Assembly (NCBI GenBank): GCA_963797255.1
Contig: CAWCOV010000041.1
Span: 19,516 to 83,515, forward strand
Source: an uncultured Acidobacteriaceae bacterium
GTDB lineage: Bacteria > Acidobacteriota > Terriglobia > Terriglobales > Acidobacteriaceae
Direction of reading: 5' to 3'
Length of the DNA: 64,000 nt
In this document: piece after piece, positions 1 through 9,995 of the stretch
Numbering within the stretch: position 1 is the first letter of the stretch
Layout: every line of letters starts with the position of its first letter
Translations under genes and position numbers: made by a program
The notes under the pieces: generated by a model
Told to the model about the DNA's origin: nothing
What the model saw: the letters and a program-made list of their open reading frames with translations, nothing else
Databases searched by the model: none

Positions 1-720
1 TTCTGTGCTCGTCCAGTAGTTGTCGCACCATTCGGTCTCTGCCTCGGTGGAGGCACGGAAATCTCGTTGCACGCAACAAGGCGTCAACCGCATGCCGAGC
101 TCTACATGGGACTCGTAGAGGCTGGCGTGGGCCTTGTACCGGCCGGTGGCGGCACAAAGGAAATGGCTTTAAAAGCCGTGGACGCGGCAGCGGCCATTTA
201 CCGTTGGACGCCGAATGATCCTGCAGCCACATTTGCCATGTCCACCGAAATGCTGGATGCACTCAAGCGCTCTCTTGAAACCGTGGCAATGGCCAAGGTG
301 TCTACCTCCGCAGCGGAAGCTCGCGGCCTCGGCTTGCTCGCTGCCTCAGACCGGATCACCATGCATCGCGAGCGCGTTCTGATCGATGCAAAGCACACTG
401 CGCTTGCGATGGCGGACGCCGGATACACCCCGCCAGTGGAACGCACGGTTATACCGGCTGCGGGAGAGGCTGTGCTGCCAACTCTAAAATTAGGCATTCA
501 CATGATGAGGCAGGCGGAGTTCATCAGCGACCACGACTTGAAGATAGCAGGTAAAGTAGCGCACATTCTATGTGGTGGCAATCTCACGCCTGGCAGCCTG
601 GTGAGTGAACAATATTACTTGGACCTCGAACGCGAGGCCTTCCTCTCACTCTGCGGTGAACGTAAAACGCAGGAGCGCATCGCATTCACTCTCAAAAACG
701 GAAAGCCGCTCAGGAACTAG
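1..720 (+). CDS. fadN: 3-hydroxyacyl-CoA dehydrogenase/enoyl-CoA hydratase family protein, C-terminal part (5' end outside window)
   Basis: Frame 1 is open from base 1. Translation FCARPVVVAPFGLCLGGGTEISLHA...GLVEAGVGLVPAGGGTKEM is a crotonase-fold segment lying about 215 codons before the stop. This matches FadN-type enzymes with a C-terminal ECH-like domain. Thiolase and acyl-CoA dehydrogenase genes follow. Confidence 0.8.
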   Translation, partial: FCARPVVVAPFGLCLGGGTEISLHATRRQPHAELYMGLVEAGVGLVPAGGGTKEMALKAVDAAAAIYRWTPNDPAATFAMSTEMLDALKRSLETVAMAKVSTSAAEARGLGLLAASDRITMHRERVLIDAKHTALAMADAGYTPPVERTVIPAAGEAVLPTLKLGIHMMRQAEFISDHDLKIAGKVAHILCGGNLTPGSLVSEQYYLDLEREAFLSLCGERKTQERIAFTLKNGKPLRN

Positions 721-722
721 CC

Positions 723-1310
723 TTGCGCAAGTGGATTTCATTCTCGATGCTGCTCTTTGCCTTCGGTCCGGGCAGGCAGTCCAGCGCCCAGGCAACTGAG
801 CAGATAGAGAGCGGCCAGTTGGACTTCGCCGGTAAATCAATGCCTTATCGCATTCGGCGTTTGCCTGTCGCTGCCTTTCCTGATCTGCCCGGAGCCGTTC
901 GCGGCGTGCTGGAAGAGCGACACTGCAGCGTTCCCCAAACATACGAAGCAAGGCGTCCGGAAAATGTAATTCACGGAGAATTCCTGGAGAAGGGAAGCCG
1001 CGACTGGGCCGTTCTTTGCTCCCACGACGGCGCCAGCGAACTTCTTGTTTTTCGCAGCAATGCGCTGGCATTGCCAATTGAATTGGAGTCGCACAGAGAT
1101 ATCGACCGATTGCAGGCAAGGCTGAATGGCACCCTTGGATTTGCATGGGGACTGGACATCGCGAAGCCAGGAAACATGCAACGAATAGCTGGCGGGAGTG
1201 CCGGTATGTTCGATCACGATGGTATCCAGGTATCCATCGTAGAAAAGTCTTCGCGTATTCACTATTTTCGCGACGGTTCGTGGGTCGAGTTCGACGGCAT
1301 GGAGTATTAA
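723..1310 (+). CDS. hypothetical secreted protein (signal peptide, no recognised domain)
   Basis: TTG start 3 nt after the fadN stop. N-terminus MRKWISFSMLLFAFGPGRQSSAQA-TEQ looks like a Sec signal with an AXA site. Amino-acid composition is balanced. The stop is followed by GGAG and the thiolase ATG at 1322. Confidence 0.55.
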   Translation: MRKWISFSMLLFAFGPGRQSSAQATEQIESGQLDFAGKSMPYRIRRLPVAAFPDLPGAVRGVLEERHCSVPQTYEARRPENVIHGEFLEKGSRDWAVLCSHDGASELLVFRSNALALPIELESHRDIDRLQARLNGTLGFAWGLDIAKPGNMQRIAGGSAGMFDHDGIQVSIVEKSSRIHYFRDGSWVEFDGMEY

Positions 1311-1321
1311 GGAGTAACCAC

Positions 1322-2507
1322 ATGGCTGAAGCAGTCATTGTAAGCACCGTTCGCACGGCGGTCGGCCGCGCCATCAAGGGCACGCTCGCAACGACTCGGC
1401 CGGACGATCTGGGGGCGGTTGCAATTCGCGGAGCACTCGAGCCGCGTTCCTGAGCTTGACGCGAAGGAGATTGACGACGTGATTCTCGGTTGCGCCATGC
1501 CGGAAGCCGAGCAGGGTATGAATGTTGCGCGAATAGCGTGTCTGCGCGCGGGACTGCCCGTTGAGTTGTCTTCCATGACGGTGAATCGCTTCTGCGCCTC
1601 GGGCTTGCAATCGATAGCGTTAGCTTCCGAGCGCATTCGCGGAGGGGGAGCCAGCGCCATCATCGCCGGCGGTACGGAATCCATGAGCATGGTGCCCATG
1701 GGAGGCAACAAGATAAGCGCCAATCCCTGGCTGGTAGAGCACTACGCCGACTCTTACCTCAACATGGGGCTTACTGCCGAACGCGTGGCGGCGAAATACG
1801 GCATTAGCCGCGAACAAGCAGACGAGTTTTCGCTTTCCAGTCATCGCAAGGCTCTCGACGCGATACAAGCCGGGCGCTTCTCTGAAGAGATCGTGCCTGT
1901 AACGGTGACAAATACTTCGCCAACTACAAAAGCTTCGATGCCTGCCATCCGGGAGACGATTTTCAACACCGATGAAGGACCGCGCCCGGACACATCTCTC
2001 GAGGCACTTGCGAAGCTGAAGCCGGCATTCCACGCCAGAGGTGTGGTTACTGCGGGGAATTCATCTCAAACATCGGACGGTGCAGCAGCAGCTGTCGTGA
2101 TGTCTGCATCGCGGGCCAACGAATTAGGGATTCTCCCGATGGCTCGATTCGTTGCCTTTGCGACCAGCGGTTGCCTGCCGGAGGAGATGGGTGTTGGCCC
2201 CGTATACGCGATCCCGAAAGCCCTGAAGCTAGCGGGATTAACGCTCCAAGATATCGACCTGATCGAATTGAACGAGGCTTTCGCGGCGCAGTCACTTGCC
2301 GTGTTGTCGCAGCTAGATGTGGATTTGTCCAGAGTCAACGTGAATGGCGGGGCCATCGCCCTGGGCCATCCGCTCGGCTGCACAGGAGCCAAGCTTACCG
2401 CGACGCTGTTGCACGAGATGAAACGTCGAGGCTCACGATATGGCTTGGTAACAATGTGTGTCGGCGGGGGAATGGGCGCAGCCGGAATTTTCGAGAATCT
2501 GAATTGA
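1322..2507 (+). pseudogene. fadA: acetyl-CoA C-acyltransferase (3-ketoacyl-CoA thiolase), interrupted by a +1 frameshift near 1442-1443 (or a sequencing error)
   Basis: ATG 1322 follows a GGAG. The N-terminal [40 protein letters not shown] is in one frame and stops at 1451-1453. The remainder ([46 protein letters not shown]) is in the next frame to 2507. The span is 3n+1. Confidence 0.85.
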
Positions 2508-2642
2508 CTCGCGTAAGGCGGCGCACAGTATGAGCCGCCATGAGGCAACGCCAAGCGCGTTGTTGAAGAAGCCAGTAAAAGATATCGAAGCAGTTCTTGA
2601 GTCACGGTCAAAGAGTAACGGCTACGAAGTTAGGAGTTAAAA

Positions 2643-4436
2643 ATGGCGACCACAGCATCACCCATATTGAAGCCCATTGCAGGCGGAAGTTTTCTCATTG
2701 AGGACCGTACACCGGAAGAAATATTTTCGCCTGAAGATTTCAGCGAGGAGCAGCGGCAAATTCTGGAGACCGCATCGCAATTCGCATTGAATGAAGTTCT
2801 GCCGATGGCTGACAGGATTGAAGCAAAAGATTTTGAGGTGACACGCAGCCTCTTGCGCAAAGCGGGCGAACTTGGGTTGATGGCGATCGATATTCCCGAG
2901 GAGTATGGCGGCCTTGCGATGGATAAGACGACTTCCGCTATCGTCGCGGATCGTCTCTCCGTTTACGCGAGCTTTTCGGTCGCGTTCAGCGCGCACGTCG
3001 GGATCGGAACACTGCCTATCGTCTGGTACGGCACCGAGGAACAGAAGAAAAAGTATTTGCCCAAGCTCGCTTCCGGCGAGTGGATCGGCGCATACGCCCT
3101 CTCCGAAGCGACTTCCGGCTCAGACGCAATGAATATCCGAACGCGTGCCGAATTGTCAGCGGACGGCAAGCACTACACGCTGAATGGCGAAAAAATGTGG
3201 ATCACCAACGCCGGGTTCGCCGACATCTTCACCGTATTCGCAAAGATCGACGGCGAAAAATTCTCCGCATTCTTAATCGAGCGTGGCACACCGGGTCTAT
3301 CGATTGGTGCTGAAGAGCACAAGCTAGGAATCCGCGGCTCCTCCACATGCCCGCTGATTTTATCCGACTGCCAGGTTCCGGTTGAGAATCTCCTCGGCGA
3401 AGGAGGTAAGGGACACCACATCGCATTCAACATCCTCAACATTGGTCGATTCAAGCTGGGTGCGGCTTGTCTCGGTGGCGCGCGTAATGCCTTGAACAAC
3501 AGCATCCGCTATGCGAAAGAGCGTAAGGCGTTTGGAAAATCAATTTCTGAATTCGGCCTGGTGCAGGAGAAGATAGCCGACTCCGCCATCGGCGTTTTCG
3601 TTGGCGAGAGCATGGCGTACCGCACAGTTGGCATGATCGATCAATCGCTCGCGATCCTTGAAGGCGACGCCGCGCACTCCTCCCGCGAGGTTCAGAAGCG
3701 CGTAGAAGACTACGCGGTGGAGTGCTCCATCCTCAAGGTGTGGGGCTCTGAAATGCTCGACATGGTGACCGACCACACGGTGCAGATTTACGCCGGGTAC
3801 GGATATGTTGAGGAGTATCCCGCGGAACGAGCTTATCGGGATTCACGCATCAATCGCATCTTCGAAGGCACCAACGAGATCAATCGCCTCATCATCACTG
3901 GCTGGCTCTTGAAGCGCGCCATGAGTGGACAGTTGGCGCTGATGCCTGCGATCACAAAGTTGATGGATGAAGTGATGGCTCCGCCTTCTTTCGACGAAGT
4001 AGAAGCCTCAGATGATCCGCTAGCGAACGAAATTGAATTGCTGGCCAACGCAAAGAAGATTGCGCTGTTTGTCGCGGGCGCAGCCTCGCAGAAATACATG
4101 GCAGCTCTGGTCGACCAACAGGAAGTTATGGGGGAACTCGCTGACATTCTCATCCAGGTTTATTCGTTTGAGTCGGCGTTGCTGCGCGCAAGAAAGATCA
4201 ATGGGGGAAGTGTAGAAAAGGTGTCGCAGGCCATCGCAAAAGTACACGCCGAGCATTGTTTTTCTGCGATTGAGTCTGCCGCGCGCCGCGTCCTGGCGGC
4301 GGTAGCCGATGGCGACATGCTTCGAACGCAGTTGGCAATTTTTCGTCGCCTGTCAAAACATTCTCCAGCGAACACAATTGAACTGAATCGTGTCGTCGCG
4401 AGGCACATGATCGAGGCTGACCGCTACACGATCTAG
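2643..4436 (+). CDS. fadE: acyl-CoA dehydrogenase, long (about 600 aa) FadE/YusJ-type
   Basis: 597 aa. ACAD motifs: YALSEATSGSDA, WITNAGFADIF, GIRGSSTCPL, YAKERKAFGK, RIFEGTNEINRL. Third gene of the beta-oxidation set. Confidence 0.9.
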   Translation: MATTASPILKPIAGGSFLIEDRTPEEIFSPEDFSEEQRQILETASQFALNEVLPMADRIEAKDFEVTRSLLRKAGELGLMAIDIPEEYGGLAMDKTTSAIVADRLSVYASFSVAFSAHVGIGTLPIVWYGTEEQKKKYLPKLASGEWIGAYALSEATSGSDAMNIRTRAELSADGKHYTLNGEKMWITNAGFADIFTVFAKIDGEKFSAFLIERGTPGLSIGAEEHKLGIRGSSTCPLILSDCQVPVENLLGEGGKGHHIAFNILNIGRFKLGAACLGGARNALNNSIRYAKERKAFGKSISEFGLVQEKIADSAIGVFVGESMAYRTVGMIDQSLAILEGDAAHSSREVQKRVEDYAVECSILKVWGSEMLDMVTDHTVQIYAGYGYVEEYPAERAYRDSRINRIFEGTNEINRLIITGWLLKRAMSGQLALMPAITKLMDEVMAPPSFDEVEASDDPLANEIELLANAKKIALFVAGAASQKYMAALVDQQEVMGELADILIQVYSFESALLRARKINGGSVEKVSQAIAKVHAEHCFSAIESAARRVLAAVADGDMLRTQLAIFRRLSKHSPANTIELNRVVARHMIEADRYTI

Positions 4437-4456
4437 ACTTCTTCCTGCATGCGAAC

Positions 4457-4497
4457 AAAAATGCGGCAGCCGGAGTGATCCCGCTGCCGCACCTTTA
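4457..4497. terminator. bidirectional intrinsic terminator-like hairpin
   Basis: Perfect 9-bp stem TGCGGCAGC (4462-4470) / GCTGCCGCA (4483-4491). It is flanked by an A-run upstream and CCTTTAT downstream, between convergent genes. Confidence 0.6.
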
Positions 4498-4505
4498 TGT
4501 CTTGA

Positions 4506-5606
4506 TCAGCGCTGTTGAAGGTCTGGGGCCTGCTGGGGCTGTTCGCTATTTTCGTTAGAACCCGGCTGCATGGTTTTCGTCACTGAGACGGGATTCTGAA
4601 GCCGAAATTGCAACAGCGTCTCCGAAGATATCTTGACCTGCTCACCCTTGGTAATCGTGTTGGCTCCAGCACCGACGCCACCTCCAGCGGCAGCACCAAT
4701 CGCCGCGCCCTTACCCCCGCCAGCCAACGCACCGATCACTGCGCCAATTGCTGCGCCGCCGCCAACCTTCTTGGCCGTGTTTGAGCCTCGTCCTTTGCCC
4801 TGCTGCGAAAAGGAATCGGTCACGATGTGGTAGGTCTGTCCTTGCGAACTAATCTGTGTTAACTCCAGGGTGAGTGCAGAACTCCCGGCGTAGTGTGTTG
4901 CGTCTTTCGCCTCGACAACGCGGCCCAGCACGTTCGCTCCTCGAGGAATCGCCGTGACCCCATCCGCAATAAGGTCAGCAGCGAGGCTCGCATGAAAGAC
5001 CGCATTCGATTGCGTCTGGCCCGTCTCAAGCGCATCCGTCATACGAATAGGAACTGTTGTTCCGGCAGGCAGAGTCAAAACCTTGACGATCGGCTTGGGC
5101 GGCGGGGGAGGCGCTACCTCGCGGACTGGTTCGGGAGTCAGCGGTTGCGACGCCTGCTGCACTGGTTCCGGGGGAGGTGGTGGAATATTCTTCGGAGGCG
5201 ACGGTTTACGGGCAGACTTGCGAGCAGGCGGCTCCGGCGCTGGCGCCGGGACGACTGCGGCCTGCGCAGGAGCGACGGTGAGATTGTTAATCACAGTCTT
5301 GACGCCGTTCACCGCCCCGGCATCATTGGACGCCAGGGAGCGGGATGCCTCGTCTGTAACGGTCCCATTCAAGGTCGCTCTGCCGTTCATCACGTCCACC
5401 TGGATGTTTTGCCCATTCAGAGCAGCTTCAGCATTCAGCCTGCTGGTGATGTCGGCAGAGATTTGCTGATCGGTGGGAGTCGCAGGTGCAGACGCCACTA
5501 GTTGTGCGGGTGGTGCTGGCTGTTTCTTGCATCCTGACCCAACTAAGAGCAAAGAAGCTGCGACGACAACGCGCAGTGAATTGACCATGAGTCCCGAATT
5601 TTGCAT
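4506..5606 (-). CDS. BON domain lipoprotein with proline-rich linker and glycine-zipper C-terminal region
   Basis: AGGAGAAGG lies 5 nt upstream of ATG 5606. Lipobox-like LLLVGSGC. BON-like segment NGRATLNGTVTDEASRSLASNDAGAVNGVKTVINNLTV. PPPPPEP/PPPPPKP linker. GGGAAIGAVIGALAGGGKGAAIGAAAGGG glycine zipper. Confidence 0.75.
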   Translation of the reverse strand: MQNSGLMVNSLRVVVAASLLLVGSGCKKQPAPPAQLVASAPATPTDQQISADITSRLNAEAALNGQNIQVDVMNGRATLNGTVTDEASRSLASNDAGAVNGVKTVINNLTVAPAQAAVVPAPAPEPPARKSARKPSPPKNIPPPPPEPVQQASQPLTPEPVREVAPPPPPKPIVKVLTLPAGTTVPIRMTDALETGQTQSNAVFHASLAADLIADGVTAIPRGANVLGRVVEAKDATHYAGSSALTLELTQISSQGQTYHIVTDSFSQQGKGRGSNTAKKVGGGAAIGAVIGALAGGGKGAAIGAAAGGGVGAGANTITKGEQVKISSETLLQFRLQNPVSVTKTMQPGSNENSEQPQQAPDLQQR

Positions 5607-5917
5607 TGAAACCTTCTCCTAAGTAAGTAGCCCACAACTATTTTATTCAATAACACCGGATTCCTCGGTTACGCCCTCGATTCGTCGGAGGATTCCGCCC
5701 GCGCAAACCCGATAAAGAGTGGACGCACTTCACGCATATATGTTGCGGAAGAGGGGCAAAACTTCTGTCCCGGGCGTAGCCCGTTTGTTGACTGGGATGT
5801 GGCAGCGTATCCTTCTCCACAGGCATCTACCTCTGTGGTAGACATTTGCCGCGAAGGCAGGCAGTTGGTAAGATCAGGAGTTTTAGGCGTCATTTTCAGG
5901 CTTTAAGGAGAAAGAAT

Positions 5918-6313
5918 ATGTCAGACGAAAATCAGAACGGCGGCTTTAGCTGGTTCCTTGCTGGTCTTGGCCTCGGCGCCTTGATTGGTGTTTTGTACGC
6001 CCCCAAATCCGGCCGCGAAACCCGCGACGACATTGCGACTCAGGCTCGTGAAAAATCTGAGTATCTGAAGCAGCGGTCCAAAGAAGCCTCAGAACAGGCG
6101 AGCATTCTTGCAGAACGAGCGAAGACCCAGGCAGGCCAGTACGTCGACCGCGGTAAGGAATACGTCGATCGCGGACGCGCCCAGTGGGAAGATTTTGTCG
6201 ACAAGAGCAAGGGTTTCGTTGGTGAGCAGGCTGATAAAGTTTCCGCAGCCGTGGATGCAGGTAAGCAGGCGTATCGCTCTTCAACCGATACCGGCAATCC
6301 AACTAACCTTTAA
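5918..6313 (+). CDS. YtxH domain-containing stress protein
   Basis: AAGGAG lies 7 nt upstream of ATG 5918. FLAGLGLGALIGVLYAPKSGRETRDDI is the YtxH signature, followed by a charged coiled region. Confidence 0.8.
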   Translation: MSDENQNGGFSWFLAGLGLGALIGVLYAPKSGRETRDDIATQAREKSEYLKQRSKEASEQASILAERAKTQAGQYVDRGKEYVDRGRAQWEDFVDKSKGFVGEQADKVSAAVDAGKQAYRSSTDTGNPTNL

Positions 6314-6373
6314 TTCGCGGCTCAGGTCGCAGCAATTTTCAACTATCAGAAAGCCAATCGAGGCCGGAACGAC

Positions 6374-6886
6374 ATGCACGGATGGACCACGGAAGATACG
6401 CTCATAGCGATCACGGCAGTAACCTCGATTGGCATTCTCATTCAGGCCTGTGTAGTTATTGCCATTTTTATTGCAGGCCGCAAAGCAATCACAAAGGTTA
6501 CCGAACTCGTTGACGAGGCGCGCGAACATCTCTCGCCGGTATTGGCGACATCCCGCAGTTTGCTGGAAGACGTGTCGCCGAAAATCAAGGTAATCACGTC
6601 CAACCTAACCGAAGTAAGCGAGACTATTCGTCACCAGAGCACGCACATTAATTCCGCCGTCGATGAAATAGTGGATCGTTCGCGCAACCAGGCGGCCCGC
6701 GTTGACGGCATAGTGAGCGGAACGCTGGATGGCATCAACAACGCGACCGCGAGTATTCAGGAAGGCATTTCTACTCCCGTCCGCAAAGTTACGGGATTTG
6801 TTAACGGAGTTCGTGCCGCGCTGGACGTTCTCTTGCAGCGTGCCCGCACCGATCACGACAGGGCAGACCGCGACCTCTTTATCTAG
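6374..6886 (+). CDS. DUF948-like membrane-anchored coiled-coil protein
   Basis: One N-terminal TM (IAITAVTSIGILIQACVVIAIFIAG), then helical repeats (LSPVLATSRSLLEDVSPKIKVITSNLTEVSE...). Pairing with YtxH matches the Bacillus ytx stress genes. Confidence 0.6.
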   Translation: MHGWTTEDTLIAITAVTSIGILIQACVVIAIFIAGRKAITKVTELVDEAREHLSPVLATSRSLLEDVSPKIKVITSNLTEVSETIRHQSTHINSAVDEIVDRSRNQAARVDGIVSGTLDGINNATASIQEGISTPVRKVTGFVNGVRAALDVLLQRARTDHDRADRDLFI

Positions 6887-6895
6887 CGTTCTGCG

Positions 6896-8020
6896 TCAGA
6901 CAATCCAACCGCCGCCGACAACTTCATCGTCCGAGTAAAACACCGCCGCCTGTCCGGGAGTAACCGCGCGTGCGGGCTCCTCAAACACCACGGTTACCTC
7001 GTCGTCTCCGCTCGGGCTGATAGTCGCGAAAGCCGGCTCGAAACGGTGCCGAATCTTCACACGAACACGCATTTCCTTGTTGAGTTTCGGAATCGAAATC
7101 CAGTTCAACTGTCGTGCGCGCATCGTTTTGGTGGCAAGTTCTGTCTCCGGCCCAACAACAACGTTGTGGGACGCCGGGTCGATCTGCAGCACGTAGAGCG
7201 GCGTCGGTGACGAAACTCCAAGCCCCTTGCGCTGGCCTACCGTGAAGTGGTGGATGCCCTCGTGCTGCCCGATCACCTCGCCCGAAGCCGTCACAAGGTC
7301 GCCGGAAGAGTCGGGTACAGTCTCACCCTGCTCTTCGAGATAAGCTTCGAGAAAGCGCTTGTAGTCGCCACCCGGCACAAAACAGATCTCCTGCGAATCC
7401 GGCTTGGCCGCGAGAGAAAGACCCGCTTCCTTCGCAATTTCGCGCACCCGCGGCTTGGAATAATTGCCCAGCGGAAAGAGCGTTCGCGAAAGCTGTTCCT
7501 GCGTCAGTCCAAAGAGAAAATATGTCTGATCCTTTGCAGTGTCTGCAGGGCGCTTTAAGATCCAGCGACCACGCTGCGGATCATATTCGTTGCGCGCATA
7601 GTGGCCTGTTGCAATCTGGTCAGCCCCAATCTGGCGCGCGGTCAGCAGCAACTGGTCGAATTTGAGGTGGTTATTGCAGAGCGAGCAGGGGATCGGCGTC
7701 CTGCCAGCGAGATATTCGCTTACGAATGGGCGAACAACGTCGCGCTCAAACCGATCCTGCTGGTTCACAACGTAATAGGGAATGCCCAGCTCTTCCGCCA
7801 CGTGACGTGCGTCATACACGTCGTCAATGGAACAGCAACGCCCCTGCACTTGCTCAGGCATGCCTTCCTTGCCGGCAAGCCTCCGCTGGTTCCAAAGCTG
7901 AAGCGTCAAGCCGATGAGATCGTAGCCCTCGGCCTTCAACATGGCTGCCACTGTCGATGAATCCACCCCGCCAGACATGGCTACTGCAATCGTCTTGTTC
8001 TCGGTCTTACTTTCCGCCAT
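6896..8020 (-). CDS. mnmA: tRNA 2-thiouridine(34) synthase MnmA
   Basis: PP-loop [11 protein letters not shown] plus [16 protein letters not shown] and ATGHYAR motifs. GGAGG lies 6 nt upstream of ATG 8020. It overlaps the upstream cysteine desulfurase by 14 nt. Confidence 0.9.
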   Translation of the reverse strand: MAESKTENKTIAVAMSGGVDSSTVAAMLKAEGYDLIGLTLQLWNQRRLAGKEGMPEQVQGRCCSIDDVYDARHVAEELGIPYYVVNQQDRFERDVVRPFVSEYLAGRTPIPCSLCNNHLKFDQLLLTARQIGADQIATGHYARNEYDPQRGRWILKRPADTAKDQTYFLFGLTQEQLSRTLFPLGNYSKPRVREIAKEAGLSLAAKPDSQEICFVPGGDYKRFLEAYLEEQGETVPDSSGDLVTASGEVIGQHEGIHHFTVGQRKGLGVSSPTPLYVLQIDPASHNVVVGPETELATKTMRARQLNWISIPKLNKEMRVRVKIRHRFEPAFATISPSGDDEVTVVFEEPARAVTPGQAAVFYSDDEVVGGGWIV

Positions 8021-9227
8021 GAGATTCGCCTCCATCTGCGGAGACCGCAACGTTCTTCGCATAGACGGGCGACAAATCTCGCAGACGAGCGACTGTCCCG
8101 GGTACCAGGCTTGCGGCGAACCCTACATCTTCTTCACTCGTGGATTTCATCAGGCTGAAGCGCACGCACGAACGCGCTCTCTCCTCTGACATGCCCATCG
8201 CCAGCATCACGTGGGATGGCTCCGTGGCTCCCGACTGGCACGCCGATCCACCGGAAATTGCCAATCCCTTCAGATCGAGCGCAATCACCAGCGCCTCACC
8301 CTCTACGTGGTCGAACCAGATGCTTGAGGTGTTGCACACACGCCGTGCTCCGCCGCCGTTTACCCCCGCCTCATCGACAGTCGCGAGGATTCGCGTCTCC
8401 AGCCGATCCCGCAACGCTGCAGTTTTTTCTGGAATCCCTGCTTCCAGCGCGGCGACCGCCAGGTCGGCTGCCTTCCCCAGGCCCACAATGCCCGGAAGAT
8501 TCTCAGTCCCGGCGCGCCGATGGCGTTCGTGCAATCCTCCAAAAAAGAGGGGCTCAATCTGGGTCCCTCGGCGGACGTAGAGTGCGCCTGTGCCCAGCGG
8601 TGCATGCATTTTGTGGCCGGAAATGGTGAGCAGGTCGCAGCCAATCGCCTTTACGTCCAGCAGAATTTTTCCCGCAGCCTGAACCGCGTCGGTGTGGAAG
8701 TAGACGTCAGCCTCCTGGGCGATCTTGCCGATCTCATTCACAGGCTGCAGAACTCCAGTTTCATTGTTTGCCACCATCACGGAGATGAGCTTTGTCCGCG
8801 GGCCAAGAGCGCGCCGCACGTCGTCGGGATCAACAACGCCTTCGCTGGAAACGGGAAGAAAGGTGACTGCAATGCCATGATCGCGCAGATGCTGCGCTGC
8901 ATGCAGAACCGCGTCGTGCTCAACTGAACTCGTAATCAGGTGATCACCCGGCTGTAACACTCCGCCTGCCCGCAGGATGCCAAAAAGCGCGAGGTTATCT
9001 CCCTCCGTACCGCCGCTGGTGAATACGACTTCAGCCGGCCGGCAGGAAAGCATGGTGGCGACGCTCTCGCGGGCATGGTCCACTGCGGAGCGGGCCTGCT
9101 GCCCGTTGAAATGAATGGAGGAGGGATTTCCAAACTTTTCCTCGAACCAGGGACGCATCGCCGCCAACACCTCTGGCAGCAGAGGCGTGGTAGCGTTCGC
9201 GTCCATATAAACCCGGTTCATAGCCAT
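8007..9227 (-). CDS. cysteine desulfurase (NifS/IscS/YrvO class, PLP-dependent)
   Basis: 406 aa. [17 protein letters not shown] (PLP lysine) and GGSACQSG (catalytic Cys loop). Directly coupled to mnmA, as in the Bacillus YrvO-MnmA pair. Confidence 0.9.
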   Translation of the reverse strand: MAMNRVYMDANATTPLLPEVLAAMRPWFEEKFGNPSSIHFNGQQARSAVDHARESVATMLSCRPAEVVFTSGGTEGDNLALFGILRAGGVLQPGDHLITSSVEHDAVLHAAQHLRDHGIAVTFLPVSSEGVVDPDDVRRALGPRTKLISVMVANNETGVLQPVNEIGKIAQEADVYFHTDAVQAAGKILLDVKAIGCDLLTISGHKMHAPLGTGALYVRRGTQIEPLFFGGLHERHRRAGTENLPGIVGLGKAADLAVAALEAGIPEKTAALRDRLETRILATVDEAGVNGGGARRVCNTSSIWFDHVEGEALVIALDLKGLAISGGSACQSGATEPSHVMLAMGMSEERARSCVRFSLMKSTSEEDVGFAASLVPGTVARLRDLSPVYAKNVAVSADGGESHGGK

Positions 9228-9349
9228 ATATATCCACTTTCTATTCTACCGCCTTATTGCCAGCCCTTCGGCGCGGGCGGAAAAGAGACTGTCGTACCCG
9301 GAATCTGGTAGCCTGTGCCCGCAGGTCATCAATTTTCGGAGGCACACCG

Positions 9350-9916
9350 TTGAAGATTCACAGCAGTCTCGCAGGGCTCACTCTTTGTTGTACGTTGGCA
9401 GCGTCAACCCTCGCGTTTGCACAGGCGGCAAAACCGGAGATGCCACCCCCGGGTACCAAGATGTCGCCGTCTGAGACCTACAACAAGCTCCTGAATAACT
9501 TCGAAAAAGAGATTGTGGACGCCGCAGAGGCGATGCCGGAAGATAAATTCAATTTTGCCCCGACCCAGGGCGAATTCAAGGACGTTCGCAGCTTCGCAGG
9601 GCAGGTCAAACATCTCGCCCAAGCCAACTACTACTTCTGGGGTTCATTTGCAGGCACTACCCCGGAGGCATCCGGGCCCATCGAAAAGCTCACGTCCAAG
9701 GCTGACATCGTAAAGGCCTTAAAAGACTCCTTCTCCCTACCTCACAAAGCCATTGACTCCATGACGGCGGAGAACGCCTTTACTATGACCAAGGGTGGGA
9801 CGCTGGGTGGTATGACTTCTTTCGGACTGGCGCACATGATGGATCATTACGGCCAGATGGTTGTATATCTGCGAATGAATGGAATCGTTCCGCCGGCAAG
9901 CCGTCCTAAGTCCTAA
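9350..9916 (+). CDS. DinB family protein with signal peptide
   Basis: GGAGG (9338-9342) lies 7 nt before TTG 9350. Signal-like LKIHSSLAGLTLCCTLAASTLAFAQA. DinB-type His motifs (VKHLAQANYYF, HMMDHYGQMVVYL). Confidence 0.7.
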   Translation: MKIHSSLAGLTLCCTLAASTLAFAQAAKPEMPPPGTKMSPSETYNKLLNNFEKEIVDAAEAMPEDKFNFAPTQGEFKDVRSFAGQVKHLAQANYYFWGSFAGTTPEASGPIEKLTSKADIVKALKDSFSLPHKAIDSMTAENAFTMTKGGTLGGMTSFGLAHMMDHYGQMVVYLRMNGIVPPASRPKS

Positions 9917-9947
9917 ACGCAGGGTTGGCCGGTGTCGGTCGATGACA

Positions 9948-9995
9948 CAAAAAGGCAGGCTGAGTGGCTTTGCGCCAACAGCCTGCCCGTTTTTA
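9948..9995. terminator. bidirectional intrinsic terminator
   Basis: Perfect 9-bp stem GGCAGGCTG (9954-9962) / CAGCCTGCC (9979-9987). A-run upstream, TTTTT (9990-9994) downstream. The T-tract overlaps the citrate synthase stop codon. Confidence 0.7.

Noticed and set aside
5669-5893. 74-codon minus-strand ORF in the BON/YtxH divergent region; similar short ORFs at 15858-16046 and 34966-35163.
   Set aside because: They have no ribosome-binding site, biased low-complexity translations, and lie in probable promoter or leader regions. They are most likely non-coding.
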